From NCBI GenBank assembly GCA_042408215.1, contig JAYFMW010000005.1:256001-320000 (forward strand): DNA of 64,000 bases. Direction: 5' to 3'. Both the position numbers and the translations under genes were made by a program. Shown one piece after another: positions 51,546-63,540 of the stretch. This DNA comes from Microcoleus sp. (GTDB lineage: Bacteria > Cyanobacteriota > Cyanobacteriia > Cyanobacteriales > Microcoleaceae). Below the pieces are notes generated by a model. That model saw nothing but the letters and a program-made list of their open reading frames with translations, ran no database searches and had not been told where the DNA came from. The first letter of the stretch is position 1. Each line of letters begins with the position of its first letter.

Positions 51546-53300
51546 TTAATAATGACTCCCCGACTTCCGGTGGTGTACTGCTGTCACCCCGTCATTTTTC
51601 AACAAATGACCGTTTTCAACTGCCGCATAAACTACCCAATGATCGCCGCATTCCATCCGACTCACCACCTCGCATTCCAGATAAGCCAAAGCATCACTTA
51701 ACACCGGACAACCATTGCTAGCTTCCATCGTTTCGACTCCAGCAAATCTGTCTTCTCCCGGAGCAAAGTTTTTCATGAAATACTTGCGTAACTGTCTCCC
51801 TTCTGCTAGAATATTCAGCACAAATTTATCGCCGGCATACATCAAAGCTTCGATCGCCCGATCCTTAGCAACCGCAATTGTCAAACCTGGAGGACTAAAC
51901 GTTGCTTGTGATACCCATGATGCGAGCATGGCACTGCTGACATCCCCCCGCTTGGCCGAGAGTACGCACAGGGAACCCACCAGTCTTCCTACTGCTTGTT
52001 CTGTGCGATCGCTCCCCCCAGTCAATGTCGCTTTTGGGGCCCGCAATTTTTGCGATCGAATCAAAGCTTGAGCAAAATCCGTCCCCGCTTCTTTGCACTC
52101 GTGAATCGTCGCAGCAGTCGGCTTAAATTTCGCTCGAATCGGTTCAAATCCGATGCGATAGCCAGCATCTTTTAACTTACCTTCTACTAAGTCGATCGCC
52201 TCTCCACTCCAGCCAAAAGAACCGAAAACCCCAGCCAGCTTACTCTTGGTTGCTGTAGATAAAACAACTCCCAAAGCCGTTTGAATTTGCGTCGGTGCGT
52301 GTCCTGCGAGGGTGGGAGTTCCGATGATAAATCCCGCGCATTTCTCGATCGCCTCTTGAATTTCTCCGGGTTCTGCAAATTCGCAGTTGATAGTTTCTAC
52401 CGCCACCCCAGCCTTAGTAATTCCTTTGGCGATCGCCTGCGCTAAAGTTGCCGTATTTCCGTAAGCAGAAGCATAAATCAACGCAACTGTCAAGTCTTTT
52501 GAATTTTGTTGTTGGCTCCATTCCCGATACAAATTGGTGAGTTCGTGGAGGCCGTAACGGACGATCGGGCCGTGACCCGGAGCATAAAATGCTGTTGACA
52601 AATCGGCTAACTTATCCATTGCCGCCAGCACTTGTTTCGCCTGCGATGCGTGCAGAGAATCATAATAATAGCGTCTGTCTTCGCTGTAAACGCTCCAACC
52701 TTCATCGAATACTTGATCGCCGCAAACGTGAGCTCCAAATAGTTTATCCGTAAACACAATTCGAGTCTGCGGGTCATAAGTGCAAAGTTCGTCCGGCCAG
52801 CGGGGAGTAGGAGTGGCGATGAATTTTAATTCGTGACCTTTTCCTAAGTTTAGTCTTTCTTCTCCTCGGACGATCATAATGTTTAATTCTTGCTCTGGAA
52901 AAGCACCTCGCAAGCTAATCGCGGCGGGATTTGTGCAAACAAATGCTATTTGAGGATACAATTCTAACAGAGCTTTAATTGTGACCGATCTGTTAGCATT
53001 AAAATGCCCCAAAATTACATAATCTAGCTTTTTCAAATCCACCCGCTTCTGCAAACATTCCAGATAGTTTTGAGTGAAAGATTCCCCCGGCGGGTCTAGC
53101 AAAGCTGTTTTGTCGGCTTGAATGATATAGCTATTGGCTGTTGTCCCTTTTTGCAGTGAATATTCTACTTCAAATTTGAGTCTGTCCCAAGTTCGCGATC
53201 GCACTGCTGCGGTATCTACTGCAATTTGAACAAACTGTACGTCGCGGGGTTTGGTATTAGATGGGGGTTTGGGAGTCAAAGTGTTAGTCATTGATTGCAC
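51546..53300 (-). CDS. flv1: flavodiiron (diflavin) protein, Flv1-type
   Basis: Lactamase-flavodoxin-flavin reductase architecture with non-canonical iron ligands (GHFNANR, PRWPD). Confidence 0.85.
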   Translation of the reverse strand: MQSMTNTLTPKPPSNTKPRDVQFVQIAVDTAAVRSRTWDRLKFEVEYSLQKGTTANSYIIQADKTALLDPPGESFTQNYLECLQKRVDLKKLDYVILGHFNANRSVTIKALLELYPQIAFVCTNPAAISLRGAFPEQELNIMIVRGEERLNLGKGHELKFIATPTPRWPDELCTYDPQTRIVFTDKLFGAHVCGDQVFDEGWSVYSEDRRYYYDSLHASQAKQVLAAMDKLADLSTAFYAPGHGPIVRYGLHELTNLYREWSQQQNSKDLTVALIYASAYGNTATLAQAIAKGITKAGVAVETINCEFAEPGEIQEAIEKCAGFIIGTPTLAGHAPTQIQTALGVVLSTATKSKLAGVFGSFGWSGEAIDLVEGKLKDAGYRIGFEPIRAKFKPTAATIHECKEAGTDFAQALIRSQKLRAPKATLTGGSDRTEQAVGRLVGSLCVLSAKRGDVSSAMLASWVSQATFSPPGLTIAVAKDRAIEALMYAGDKFVLNILAEGRQLRKYFMKNFAPGEDRFAGVETMEASNGCPVLSDALAYLECEVVSRMECGDHWVVYAAVENGHLLKNDGVTAVHHRKSGSHY

Positions 53301-53515
53301 CTATTTCTATTAATTTTGCTACAGCAATGCTATTGATTTTGTGAATGAGATTTTTTTTTATTAACCGCAGAGGGCGCAGAGAACGCAGAGGAAGAAAGAA
53401 GAGAGGAAAAAAAACAAAAGATGGTTAGCCAGCTAATTTTTTCTTCCTTCTATCCCCTTGCGAATCCGTTGCTGAACATCCGTTACATCCCGTACATTGC
53501 CCGTTTCCGAACTTC

Positions 53516-55243
53516 TTAATAGTGATTTCCGACTTTCCGGTGGTGCACTGCGGGGAGTGCATCGGGATTGGATACGCGGCCGTTATCTACGATCGCATAT
53601 ACGATATGATGATCTGAAAGTTCCATCCGGCTGACTACTTCGCATTCCATGTAGGCTAAGGAATCTGTCAGAATGGGAGAACCGTTGGTTGCTGGTTGGG
53701 TTTTTACTCCGGAAAATCGATCGGCACCTGGTTGAAAACGTTTTAAAAAGTGCTTCATTAAGGTTTGATAATTGCCTTCTTCTAGCACGTTTAACACAAA
53801 TTTGTCTCCCGCGTGCATCATGGATTCGATCGCCCGATCTTTCGCCACTGCTATTGTTAAACCCAGTGGTTTAAAGCTGGCTTGCGTTACCCAAGAAGCT
53901 AGCATCGCACCGCTAACCTCGCCTTTTTGAGTGGTGATGATATACAGTCCGCCACTGATTCTTCCCAAGGCTTTATCGACATCACTATCCAAAGCTTTCA
54001 TCTGTTTGACGGCTTTGTCTCGTGTCAGCCATTGTCCTAAGTCTGTGCCGGCTTCGTCGCACAGTTGATAAATCGCTTCTGTTGGTGTTTCTTTAATCAA
54101 AATGTTGGGAAATATCTCTTTCAAACCCAACTCTTTGAATTTGTTTCGCAGCGGATAAATTGATGAGTCATCGCCTCCGCCGGATTCGCACAAACCGAAG
54201 GATTGTTTGTTGTTAGCTGCTACTAAAATTGTGTTGATGGCGGCTTCAGCATTCACCCCAGCAGGGCCGGTACTTGGTGGGGAACAAATTACAATCCCGG
54301 CGGCTGTACCCACGAGTTCGCGCACTTCTTGTAAGTCGGCGATTTTTAAATCCATCATTTCTACGGCTACACCGGTTTTGGTGATTCCGTGGGCGATCGC
54401 CTGACTGAGGCGATCGCTAAATCCGTAGTCGGATGTGTAAAATACTGCTACTGTGGTTTCTGCTTTGGTTTGTTCTTGGCTCCACTTTTTGTAGCGCCCG
54501 GTGAGTTCGACTACGTTGTACCTCAGCAAGGGACCGTGACCGGTCGCAACAGTACCTATTTCTCCTAAGTCGGCCATCCGCTTCATCGCACTTAAGACCG
54601 ATCGCGCGTTAGGAGCCATCAAACACTCATAATAAAAGTGGTAATCTTCCTCAACCGCTGCTAAATCGTCATCGTAGGTGCTGTCTGTACAGTAGTGCAT
54701 CCCAAAAGCATCGCAGGTGAACAGCACTTGACTTTTGCTGTCGTAGCTGAAAATAGTATCAGGCCAGTGCAAGTTCGGGGCCGATACGAATTCGATAATG
54801 TGACCGTTTCCTAAATCTAGTTTGTCACCATTTTTGACTACCAGTCGCTCAAAGGGCTGGTGTATCAGGTTTTCTAAAAATTGAATTGCTACTTTTGCGC
54901 CTACGACAATTGCTTGGGGTGCGATCGCCAGCACGTCTTTAACCAAACCGCTGTGGTCTGGTTCGGTATGGCTGATAATTATATAGTCAATCTGTTTCGG
55001 GTCGATTTCCCCCGTCAGAGTGTCCATGTATTGTTGGCGAAATTTCTCGTGAGAGGTATCGACGAGGGCTGTCTTTTCACCGCGAATGATAAATGAGTTA
55101 TAAGTTGTACCGTTTTTGAGTCCGAACTCAATGTCAAAGCGGTCTCGATCCCAGTCTAAGCATCGAATTGTTGTTGTATCAGTGGCAATTTCGACCTTTT
55201 CCACCGTCAATCTGCGTTGGACTCGTTCAGTCAGCGCTACCAT
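53516..55243 (-). CDS. flv3: flavodiiron (diflavin) protein, Flv3-type
   Basis: Canonical SHTEPDHSG, LHWPD, CDAFG motifs; AVHHRKVGNHY C-terminus. Confidence 0.88.
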   Translation of the reverse strand: MVALTERVQRRLTVEKVEIATDTTTIRCLDWDRDRFDIEFGLKNGTTYNSFIIRGEKTALVDTSHEKFRQQYMDTLTGEIDPKQIDYIIISHTEPDHSGLVKDVLAIAPQAIVVGAKVAIQFLENLIHQPFERLVVKNGDKLDLGNGHIIEFVSAPNLHWPDTIFSYDSKSQVLFTCDAFGMHYCTDSTYDDDLAAVEEDYHFYYECLMAPNARSVLSAMKRMADLGEIGTVATGHGPLLRYNVVELTGRYKKWSQEQTKAETTVAVFYTSDYGFSDRLSQAIAHGITKTGVAVEMMDLKIADLQEVRELVGTAAGIVICSPPSTGPAGVNAEAAINTILVAANNKQSFGLCESGGGDDSSIYPLRNKFKELGLKEIFPNILIKETPTEAIYQLCDEAGTDLGQWLTRDKAVKQMKALDSDVDKALGRISGGLYIITTQKGEVSGAMLASWVTQASFKPLGLTIAVAKDRAIESMMHAGDKFVLNVLEEGNYQTLMKHFLKRFQPGADRFSGVKTQPATNGSPILTDSLAYMECEVVSRMELSDHHIVYAIVDNGRVSNPDALPAVHHRKVGNHY

Positions 55244-55720
55244 AACGTGCCTCCTTGTCAGTGACTCATACCTTATTACTTACATTCTTGCACGTTTTTT
55301 TTGTAAATCTTTATCAAATTTCCTATCAATCAGTTAAGTATCCCTAAAGTTATGGCAGAAGGAAGAAGGCTTTAGTTATCTAGGAGATCGGGCAGAAGAG
55401 CGATGTCAAAATTCCATAAAATTAATTTTCTGTCGATCGACTGTTGACAAAAAGCTAATATGTGTGGTAGGGAAACCGAGTTAGATCGGTTGGGCGATCG
55501 CCCCTTGAAGAAACTACCAGTCTAAATGCACCCGGTCTATAATAACATGAACTTATACCCAGTTGTGGATTACTCCATACTTTTGATACATGGCGGACAG
55601 GCATGACATCTGAAAACAATCTTTTGGCAGTAACAGCTTGTACTCAATAATTATTTATTTATTGAAACAATATTAAAATTAATTAAGCCTTTTAGTCACA
55701 ATAGACTAGATCCTATCCCA

Positions 55721-58243
55721 ATGCCAAACAACCTAAATCCTGAAGTTACACAATTGCTCCTGTCAGCAGCCGAAAATCCAGCAGACGAGACAGTCAATCT
55801 GTCGCAGTCTCAAAGAGAACAGCAAAAGGCACTAGCTGGTGTAATTGCCAGGATTCGACAATCGTTAGATTTAGAAACAATATTTAAAACCACTGCGATC
55901 GAAGTCCGCAGCTTGCTGAAAGCCGATCGAGTAGGAGTATTTCGCTTCTCTCCCGCATTGGACTGGGAAGGGGAATTTGTTTCCGAAGATGTCGCTCCAC
56001 AATGGGATTCAGCGATCGCCACAAAAGTCTACGACTACTGCTTTGGCCAACAGTTTGCCGTCCACTACCAACAAGGTAAAGTACAAGCAGTTGCAGATAT
56101 CCATAACGCAGATTTAAGCAATTGTCAGATCGATATTCTGGCAAAATTTCAAGTCAGAGCCAATTTAATAGTACCGCTGTTGAAACAAAAAGAACTGTGG
56201 GGACTGCTCTGCATTCATCAATGCAGCAATCCCCGGGATTGGTTGGAGTCTGAGATTAATTTTACCAAACAAATTGCCGAATATTTGACAGTGGCAATCC
56301 AGCAAGCTGAATACCTGAAGAAAGTTCAAGATCAAGCAGAGCAACAACAAGCCTTGACAGCTCAACTGGCAAAAGCAACAGCCCAAGAAGCAGAGGCGAA
56401 ACGGCAAAAAGTCCTCGCTATTACTATTGATAAAATTCGCCAATCCCTCGACATTCAAACTATTTTTAATACCGCTTCTCAAGAAGTTAGGCAACTGTTG
56501 CAAGCTGACAGAGTAGCCATTTATCAATTTCATCCAGATTGGAGCGGGACATTTGTTGCAGAATCCCTCGCAAGTGGTTGGAATCCGCTAGTTAACATTC
56601 AGCCCATCATTGCAGATACTCACCTGCAAGAAACTCAAGGTGGACGGTATAAAGAGCATCAAACTTTTGCTGTCGATGACATCTATGAAATAGGACACGC
56701 AGATTGTCATCTTGCTTTATTAGAACAATTCGAGGCTAGAGCTTATGCGATCGCGCCGATTTTTCAGGGAGAAAAACTCTGGGGGTTGCTAGCAGCTTAT
56801 CAAAACTCAGAACCACGTCATTGGCAACAGTACGAGGTAGATTTACTTGCTCAAATTGGCACGCAGCTTGGTGTAGGTTTGCAGCAAGCTGAGTATGTCA
56901 AAAAAGTTCAGACACAAGCAGCCGATCGGCAGAGAGCACTTGCTACGACTGTAGAGAAAATTCGTCAGTCTCTCGATATTGATGTCATTTTTCAAACCGC
57001 AACTCAAGAAGTCCAGCAATTATTGGAAGTAGAGCGCGTAGCAATTTATCGATTTCACTCTGATTGGAGTGGCGAGTTTGTTGCTGATTCCATCGTCACT
57101 GGTGGGACTCCAATATTCACAAATCAGCCCGAAATTGCCGATGGTTTTTTGCAAGCAAATCAGGCAGGAAAGTATCCTCGACATGAAACTTTTGTGCCGA
57201 TTTTACAAGGCGAAAAACTCTGGGGATTGCTCGTAGCTTACCAAAACTCTCAGCCCCGCTATTGGCAAGACGAGGATATTAACTTGCTCGCTCAGGTGGG
57301 CTTGCAACTGGGAGTCGCACTTCAACAAGCGGAATTACTAACACAAACTCGCCAGCAAGCAGCAGAACTAAGCCAAACCTTGCAGGAGTTAAAACAGTCT
57401 CAAACCAGACTAATTCAAGGAGAAAAAATGGCTGGTTTGGGACAGTTAGTTGCTGGAGTTGCCCATGAAATTAATAACCCTGTGAATTTTATTTTAGGCA
57501 ACTTGACTCATGTGAACGAGTACACTCAAGCACTGCTAAATTTGATTAGTCTTTATCACAAAAACTATCCAGATCCTGTTTTAGAAATTCAAATAGAAGA
57601 AGATGATATAGATTTGGATTTCCTTAAGGAAGACTTACCGAAAACTCTGGCTTCAATGAACATCGGGGTCGATCGCATCCGGGGGATTGTTTCGTCGCTG
57701 CGTACCTTTTCTCGCATTGACGAAGCTCAAATGAAGCCAGTTGACATCCACGAAGGTATTGACAGCACGCTGTTAATTTTGCAGCACCGCTTTAAAGAAA
57801 GGAGCGATCGTCCCAGTATTCAGGTGATTAAGGAATATAATTGCTTACCATTGGTTGAGTGCTATCCAGCTCAACTAAATCAAGTGTTTATGAATATTTT
57901 GAGCAATGGGATTGACGCTCTGCAAGAAATATGCTTGCACAACTCTCCTGGAAAAACTCCGACTATTCACATTCGCACAAATCTGATTCTAGATCGCGTT
58001 GCAATTTGCATTGGCGACAACGGGCCAGGCATTCCAGAAGACGTGCGATCGCGCATTTTTGACCCTTTCTTTACTACAAAAGCAATCGGTAAGGGAACTG
58101 GTTTGGGGCTATCTATCAGCTACCAGATTGTTGTTGAAAAACACAAGGGTCAATTGCAGTGTATTTCCGATCGCGATCGAGGTACTGAGTTTTGGATTGA
58201 AATTCCGATTAAGCAATCATCCGATTTGAGATTTGAGATTTGA
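55721..58243 (+). CDS. multi-GAF (cyanobacteriochrome) sensor histidine kinase
   Basis: GAF1 DYCF...SNCQ; GAF2 [12 protein letters not shown]...DCHL; short GAF3; AHEINNP H-box; intact HATPase. Confidence 0.92.
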   Translation: MPNNLNPEVTQLLLSAAENPADETVNLSQSQREQQKALAGVIARIRQSLDLETIFKTTAIEVRSLLKADRVGVFRFSPALDWEGEFVSEDVAPQWDSAIATKVYDYCFGQQFAVHYQQGKVQAVADIHNADLSNCQIDILAKFQVRANLIVPLLKQKELWGLLCIHQCSNPRDWLESEINFTKQIAEYLTVAIQQAEYLKKVQDQAEQQQALTAQLAKATAQEAEAKRQKVLAITIDKIRQSLDIQTIFNTASQEVRQLLQADRVAIYQFHPDWSGTFVAESLASGWNPLVNIQPIIADTHLQETQGGRYKEHQTFAVDDIYEIGHADCHLALLEQFEARAYAIAPIFQGEKLWGLLAAYQNSEPRHWQQYEVDLLAQIGTQLGVGLQQAEYVKKVQTQAADRQRALATTVEKIRQSLDIDVIFQTATQEVQQLLEVERVAIYRFHSDWSGEFVADSIVTGGTPIFTNQPEIADGFLQANQAGKYPRHETFVPILQGEKLWGLLVAYQNSQPRYWQDEDINLLAQVGLQLGVALQQAELLTQTRQQAAELSQTLQELKQSQTRLIQGEKMAGLGQLVAGVAHEINNPVNFILGNLTHVNEYTQALLNLISLYHKNYPDPVLEIQIEEDDIDLDFLKEDLPKTLASMNIGVDRIRGIVSSLRTFSRIDEAQMKPVDIHEGIDSTLLILQHRFKERSDRPSIQVIKEYNCLPLVECYPAQLNQVFMNILSNGIDALQEICLHNSPGKTPTIHIRTNLILDRVAICIGDNGPGIPEDVRSRIFDPFFTTKAIGKGTGLGLSISYQIVVEKHKGQLQCISDRDRGTEFWIEIPIKQSSDLRFEI

Positions 58244-58253
58244 GATTTGAGAT

Positions 58254-58522
58254 TAAGAGGATGTTTCACTCATTCTATAATGGTATATAGCGGTTCTCAA
58301 AAAAGTGAGGTATGCCCACGGAACCCTATGCCCTATGCCCCATGCCCCATGCCCTATGCCCAGTCGTACCTCATCTTTCTGAGAAAGGCTATAAATTTGT
58401 CATTCTGAATCGAGCGAAGCTTAACGAATAATCAGCGGGTTTCGGGAAAATACTTAGATGTTTCACTCCGATCGAGCAGCCTTCAACATCACAGATCAAG
58501 ACCCTTTTAAAACATCCTCTAA
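58254..58522. mobile_element. nested MITEs between convergent kinase genes
   Basis: Outer AGAGGATGTTT...AAACATCCTCT; inner TATAGCGGTTCTCA..TGAGGTA / TACCTCA..TGAGAAAGGCTATA enclosing CCCTATG heptamers. Confidence 0.75.
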
Positions 58523-58527
58523 GGAAT

Positions 58528-60624
58528 TCAGCCCCTCTGATTAGTCAGCGGCAACTCGATAATCAACTCAGTTCCTTCACCAATCTGGCTGACACAGTTA
58601 ATCCGGCCACCGTGAGCTTGAACAATCACTTGATAGCACACTGAAAGCCCCAAACCAGTGCCTTTACCCACAGGTTTTGTCGTAAAAAATGGGTCAAAAA
58701 TCTTGTCTTGAATTTCCGCAGGAATGCCAGTACCTGTGTCGCGGACAGAAATTTTTACCCACCCTGGTTCGCTGGCTGTGCGAATTGTTAATTCCCCTGG
58801 TTTTTTACTTGAGTCGATCGCATCTAAAGCATTGTCAATCAATGCATAAAATACTTGATTTATTTGACCTGCATGACAGTTCACGAACGGCAGATTTCCG
58901 TATTCTTTGTTGATTTTGATATTTGGTTTGAGCTTATTTTGCAACATCAATAAACTACTTTCTAAACCTTCATTCAAATCTACAGCTTTAAATTCAGAGT
59001 GGTCTAAGCGAGAAAAACTCCGCAGCGTCGTCACAATCGAGCGAATCCGACCGCTGCCTTCTCGCATTGAATTGAGCAATTTGTCAAAGTCTTCTCGAAT
59101 GTAATCTAGTTCTAGTTCTTCGTTGATTTTGGCGATCGCCTCCACTGCTTCCGGGCCGGCTTGAGCGCACAAGTCAAGGGCTTCTGTTAATGTTTTTACG
59201 TATTCTTGAGCGTGAAACAAATTAGCGTGGATGAAATTGTTAGCGTTGTTAATTTCGTGAGCAATTCCCGCCACCATTTGCCCCAAACCGGACATTTTTT
59301 CGCTTTGAATCAATTGCTGTTGAGTCGATCGCAATTCTTCTAACGTAGCCTGCAACTGCTGGGTTTGAGCTTGAGATTTGACCGCAGCTTCTTGGACTTG
59401 GCTGTAGAGTTCTGCTTGCTGAATTGCGATCGCCATTTGGTCTGCTATCTGGGACAGCAACTCCATTTCTTGCTGCTCCCAATTGCGGGTATCGCCGCAC
59501 TCGTGAGCAATCAGCAAACCCCACAGCCTACCGGGGAATTTAGGATTATAGCTGACGGCTGTGTCGGGGGAATTTTCTTCGGTTCTCGATGTAACAATCG
59601 GTACAATCAGATTAGCTTTTACCTGCAAACTATCTAAAAAATCAACGTGACAAGGCTCTAAACCAGCATGAAAAACATCATTGATTGCTCTGACTCGTCC
59701 TTGCTGATAAAAATCGGCATAATCCCCCTTAAAACACTTGTCTGCACCCATATCTCCTAAAATTGAAGGCCAAGGGATGACCATATCTTCAACAACAACT
59801 TTTCCTTGCCAGTTATCTTGAAACTGATAGATAATTACCCGATCGCAATTCAACAGTTGGCGAACTTCCCTCACTGCTGTTTGCAGGATGGTATCGAGGT
59901 CTAGGGTACTGCGAATTTGGTTGCTAATCAGCCGCAGCAGCGATTCCTGTTCGGCGAGGCGACGAGTTTTGCTGTACAATTTAGCTTGATTGATCGCGAT
60001 CGCCAACTGCGAAGCCACCCCTTCTAACAACTGCCGTTCCCAATCAGTCCATTCCCGTTCGCGATCGCACTGGTGCAAGCCAATTATGCCATTCACTTCA
60101 CCTTGATAGCGAGTAGCTACTGCTAGCATTGACTTAATCTCCAAAGCCTCGACAATTTTTTTGCTTTGTTCGTTCAATCCCGGAAAATCTATAAACTTCG
60201 TCACTGCTAGTGAATCTTGCTGAGACACGATCGCTTCCAAGTGCGGATTGCCAGTAATCGGTACTTTCATGCCAAGCTGCATGGGATAGTCTCCGGCGTT
60301 GTATTCTCCCCGCGTGCTCAATGTTTTGTCTGTATTTGATTCTTTCACCAAAATACTCGATCGGCTGCACTTTAGCACTTGACCTAGCAACCTGCAAGCC
60401 GATGTCAAAATTTCTTCTATGTCGAGGGTACTGCGAATTTCATTGTTAATTTGGTTCAGCAACTTTGATAGCTGAACCTGCTGTTTCATCTGCATAATGA
60501 GGTTTTTGTGTTCGTCTACTTCTGGTAAGGTAAGTCCCTGTTCTGGCATCCACTTTTCTGATTCTAGCAACCAGGAATTTAATCTCGGTGATAGATGGTC
60601 TGATTCCTGTATATTGTAAGACAT
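58528..60624 (-). CDS. two-GAF sensor histidine kinase with a DXCF-type cyanobacteriochrome GAF
   Basis: GAF2 DKCF...EPCH; AHEINN H-box; DPFFTTK, GTGLGL. Confidence 0.92.
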   Translation of the reverse strand: MSYNIQESDHLSPRLNSWLLESEKWMPEQGLTLPEVDEHKNLIMQMKQQVQLSKLLNQINNEIRSTLDIEEILTSACRLLGQVLKCSRSSILVKESNTDKTLSTRGEYNAGDYPMQLGMKVPITGNPHLEAIVSQQDSLAVTKFIDFPGLNEQSKKIVEALEIKSMLAVATRYQGEVNGIIGLHQCDREREWTDWERQLLEGVASQLAIAINQAKLYSKTRRLAEQESLLRLISNQIRSTLDLDTILQTAVREVRQLLNCDRVIIYQFQDNWQGKVVVEDMVIPWPSILGDMGADKCFKGDYADFYQQGRVRAINDVFHAGLEPCHVDFLDSLQVKANLIVPIVTSRTEENSPDTAVSYNPKFPGRLWGLLIAHECGDTRNWEQQEMELLSQIADQMAIAIQQAELYSQVQEAAVKSQAQTQQLQATLEELRSTQQQLIQSEKMSGLGQMVAGIAHEINNANNFIHANLFHAQEYVKTLTEALDLCAQAGPEAVEAIAKINEELELDYIREDFDKLLNSMREGSGRIRSIVTTLRSFSRLDHSEFKAVDLNEGLESSLLMLQNKLKPNIKINKEYGNLPFVNCHAGQINQVFYALIDNALDAIDSSKKPGELTIRTASEPGWVKISVRDTGTGIPAEIQDKIFDPFFTTKPVGKGTGLGLSVCYQVIVQAHGGRINCVSQIGEGTELIIELPLTNQRG

Positions 60625-60947
60625 ATTTACTCAGTATTTTTGCTGTAAGATTTGAAACCTCTGCTCACCAGGCCAAGAGCCTGAGCCTAGCCACCCCGAA
60701 TATTGGAAATTATTAAAACATTATAAATGATACGGCCTTAGCTTAGCAACTTAACCATTTATCTATTATTTTTAATCAAAGAGAAAACTTCCGGTCTCTA
60801 GTAAGCAATACTAATGAGGTGGACGCAATTGAAGGTAAGATGTCAATTAGAGTTGACCGCCCGGTTGAGTCCAAAAAACTAACTTAAAATCTATCTTTAG
60901 TTCAATGTTTGTTGTCCTGCACTTCTTCAAGAGAAATGGAAAGTCCT

Positions 60948-61856
60948 ATGGCCGAAAGTTTTCAACCCAGCGCTCACACCAACAATCTTAACTGTCTGTT
61001 AACCAATACAGACCACATTAAAATAGCTTTGGCGATCGGCAATTCGCGGCTGCACTGGGGACTATTTGCTGGGGAAAATCTTCTGGAAACATGGGATACA
61101 CAGCATTTGAGTGCTGGTGCTGTGGAGCGGGTATCCGAGTCGGAAAAGGCAGAATATTTGGTGCAGACAGTAATTAGGTCGATCGAGGACATATCTGCTA
61201 AAAATCTCCTTTGTCTTCCTACTACTCCCGATTTTGCCAGCGATCGCAAACTTCCTTTGGTTCCATTACCTCTAATTTTAGCTTCTGTTGTGCCCGAGCA
61301 AACAGCACTTTGGCAGAGTTATCCTGATGTCGTAATTATTACTTTAGACCAGTTACCGCTCCAGGGACTCTATCCTACCCTGGGAATCGATCGAGCTTTG
61401 GCTTTACTCGGTGCTGGAACTGAATTAGGTTGGCCAGTTTTAGTTATAGATGCTGGTACTGCCTTAACATTTACTGGTGCTGATGTCAATAGGCGTTTAG
61501 TAGGAGGCGCTATTTTACCGGGTTTGGGTTTGCAGTTGTCGTCCCTAGGAGAAAAAACTGCTGCTTTACCTTTGTTAAGCTTACCAGAAAATATGCCACA
61601 GCGGTGGGCTACCGATACGGCGATCGCCATTGAAAGCGGAGTTGTGCGGGGGGTTGTAGCAGCCGTAAATGATTTTATTGAAGATTGGCTGCGTTTGTTT
61701 CCTGAGAGCAAAATTGGATTGACTGGGGGCGATCGAACTTTGTTATTAAAATATCTCGCCTCAGCCTTTCCCGATACAGCCGCAGCGGTAATTGAAAGCC
61801 CAGAAGCCATTTTTTGGGGTTTCAGAAATGTTTTCAAAGAGGGTTTAAAACAGTAG
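60948..61856 (+). CDS. coaX: type III pantothenate kinase
   Basis: IGNSRLHW, ASVVP, LGIDR, VIDAGTALT, GGAILPG, TGGD; start uncertain. Confidence 0.92.
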   Translation: MAESFQPSAHTNNLNCLLTNTDHIKIALAIGNSRLHWGLFAGENLLETWDTQHLSAGAVERVSESEKAEYLVQTVIRSIEDISAKNLLCLPTTPDFASDRKLPLVPLPLILASVVPEQTALWQSYPDVVIITLDQLPLQGLYPTLGIDRALALLGAGTELGWPVLVIDAGTALTFTGADVNRRLVGGAILPGLGLQLSSLGEKTAALPLLSLPENMPQRWATDTAIAIESGVVRGVVAAVNDFIEDWLRLFPESKIGLTGGDRTLLLKYLASAFPDTAAAVIESPEAIFWGFRNVFKEGLKQ

Positions 61857-62255
61857 CCTAAAAATCTAGAATTATCTAGATTTTTTCAGTTATTGACGAC
61901 TTGCACAACAATCGCGATCGACTTGAGAAACGCGCTACTTTGTGCGGGTTGTTAAAGCTTACTTGGTGTGAAAACCACAGAAACACTCTTGCTCAAACTA
62001 ATCATCAAAAAACCAAATATTTTAAGTCCTCTGCTAAATCAAGGCAGTCTCTAACTGGGAAGATCGGGCCAACCTGAGCAATCGGGAAACTTAGAGCATC
62101 CGATAAGGGCTAAACATAAACCGCTAAGTTTGACCTACAGATTTCTGTAGATTTTTAGAAGCGGTATTGAGTTTTGAGTTAGGAAAAAGGAAGATTAATT
62201 CTCAATGCTCAATGCCCAATGCCCGATGCCCAATGCCCGATGCCCAATGCCCAAT

Positions 62256-63065
62256 TCAATTAGCAAATTCCCGAATATACTTAGCAACAAGATCCGGCGA
62301 TTCCAAAGGCAAATTGCTGCCTCCCGAATTGATAAATTGAATCTCGGCATTAGCAGCCAGAGCAGCATAAGACTGACACAGAGACGAGGAAGCATCAGCC
62401 TGAGCTTGAGAGTTCTGCAACAGCAATAAAGGAGCTTTCAGCCCAGACAACTTCTCGTCAACCAACTCCGCCTTAATTGCGGCTCGCCGCCGCCCAAACA
62501 GCAATTTCATGGCAACTTTGGAATCTATCAACTGCTTTCTGAACTTTAGCAGTTCGTCAATCTTGGTTTGGCCGCCGAACCACTTAGCAATGGGATAAAT
62601 CGATCGCAGCAGCCAGTAAGCCACAGGAGGTTGAGCCGTCAGCCACCGAGCCTCCTGCCAGCGTCCCCGCCGCAGGCCCGTATTCACCCCTTCTGGCGCT
62701 AACAACACCAAGCCCTGGACTCGATCGGGATATTTGAGCGCGTAGCTAGTGGCCACCCAGCCGCCCAAAGAGTGACCAATTAAATAAACCTGTCGCAGAT
62801 TCAACGTATCGAGGTATTGGGCGAGACATTCTACTTCGAGGTCGATCGAATAATTCGTCTTAGGGCGTTCCGAATCGCCAAATCCCAGCAAATCCGGTGC
62901 GAAACAGTGGTAGTGGGGACATAAATATTCGATCGTCCTCAGCCACTGATTGCTATCGTCCCAAGAACCATGCAAAAACACCAAATTTGGGCCCTGGCCG
63001 ACTTCGTGCCAGAATATTTGGCCTAAAGAAAGTTTGACGCGAGAATTTCGTAGCTGTGAGTACAT
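62256..63065 (-). CDS. alpha/beta fold hydrolase
   Basis: FLHGSW, PDLLGFGDS, GHSLGG. Confidence 0.92.
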   Translation of the reverse strand: MYSQLRNSRVKLSLGQIFWHEVGQGPNLVFLHGSWDDSNQWLRTIEYLCPHYHCFAPDLLGFGDSERPKTNYSIDLEVECLAQYLDTLNLRQVYLIGHSLGGWVATSYALKYPDRVQGLVLLAPEGVNTGLRRGRWQEARWLTAQPPVAYWLLRSIYPIAKWFGGQTKIDELLKFRKQLIDSKVAMKLLFGRRRAAIKAELVDEKLSGLKAPLLLLQNSQAQADASSSLCQSYAALAANAEIQFINSGGSNLPLESPDLVAKYIREFAN

Positions 63066-63294
63066 CCGGTTAAATATTTTTATATACAAAAACCATAATT
63101 ATATCTTCTGGGATGTCAATTTAAACAAGGAAAAAAGTTAAAATTCATTCAAAACTCATAATTTATCTCAATTCCGGTTGCACTCTTGGAGATGATTGTT
63201 GACAGTGACAGTTGACGGTTGACAGTGAGTCAAAAAACTGAAAATTGCGCTTATGCTTTGGTGACTACTTGACCAATAATTTCAAAGGTGGTAC

Positions 63295-63405
63295 AAGCCC
63301 CCGGATTTATCCGTGGAATCAATCCAAAATCCCAAATCTAAAATCCTCAAGCCCCCGCATTTATACGTGGGGTAAATCTAAAATCTAAAATCTAAAATCT
63401 AAAAT
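63295..63405. repeat. REP-like hairpin pair plus (AAAATCT)n
   Basis: aagcccccggatttatccgtgg / aagcccccgcatttatacgtgggg. Confidence 0.75.
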
Positions 63406-63540
63406 CGATTGACTCGACTTTACCAGGACGATGTTAGCGGATTTGATCTGATTGCGGATAATTTGTAAATCACCTTGGTGTGGCAATTCCCGACTTTCAT
63501 AAAATCTGGTGACCACCTTGTTTCAATCTAATCAATCTAA

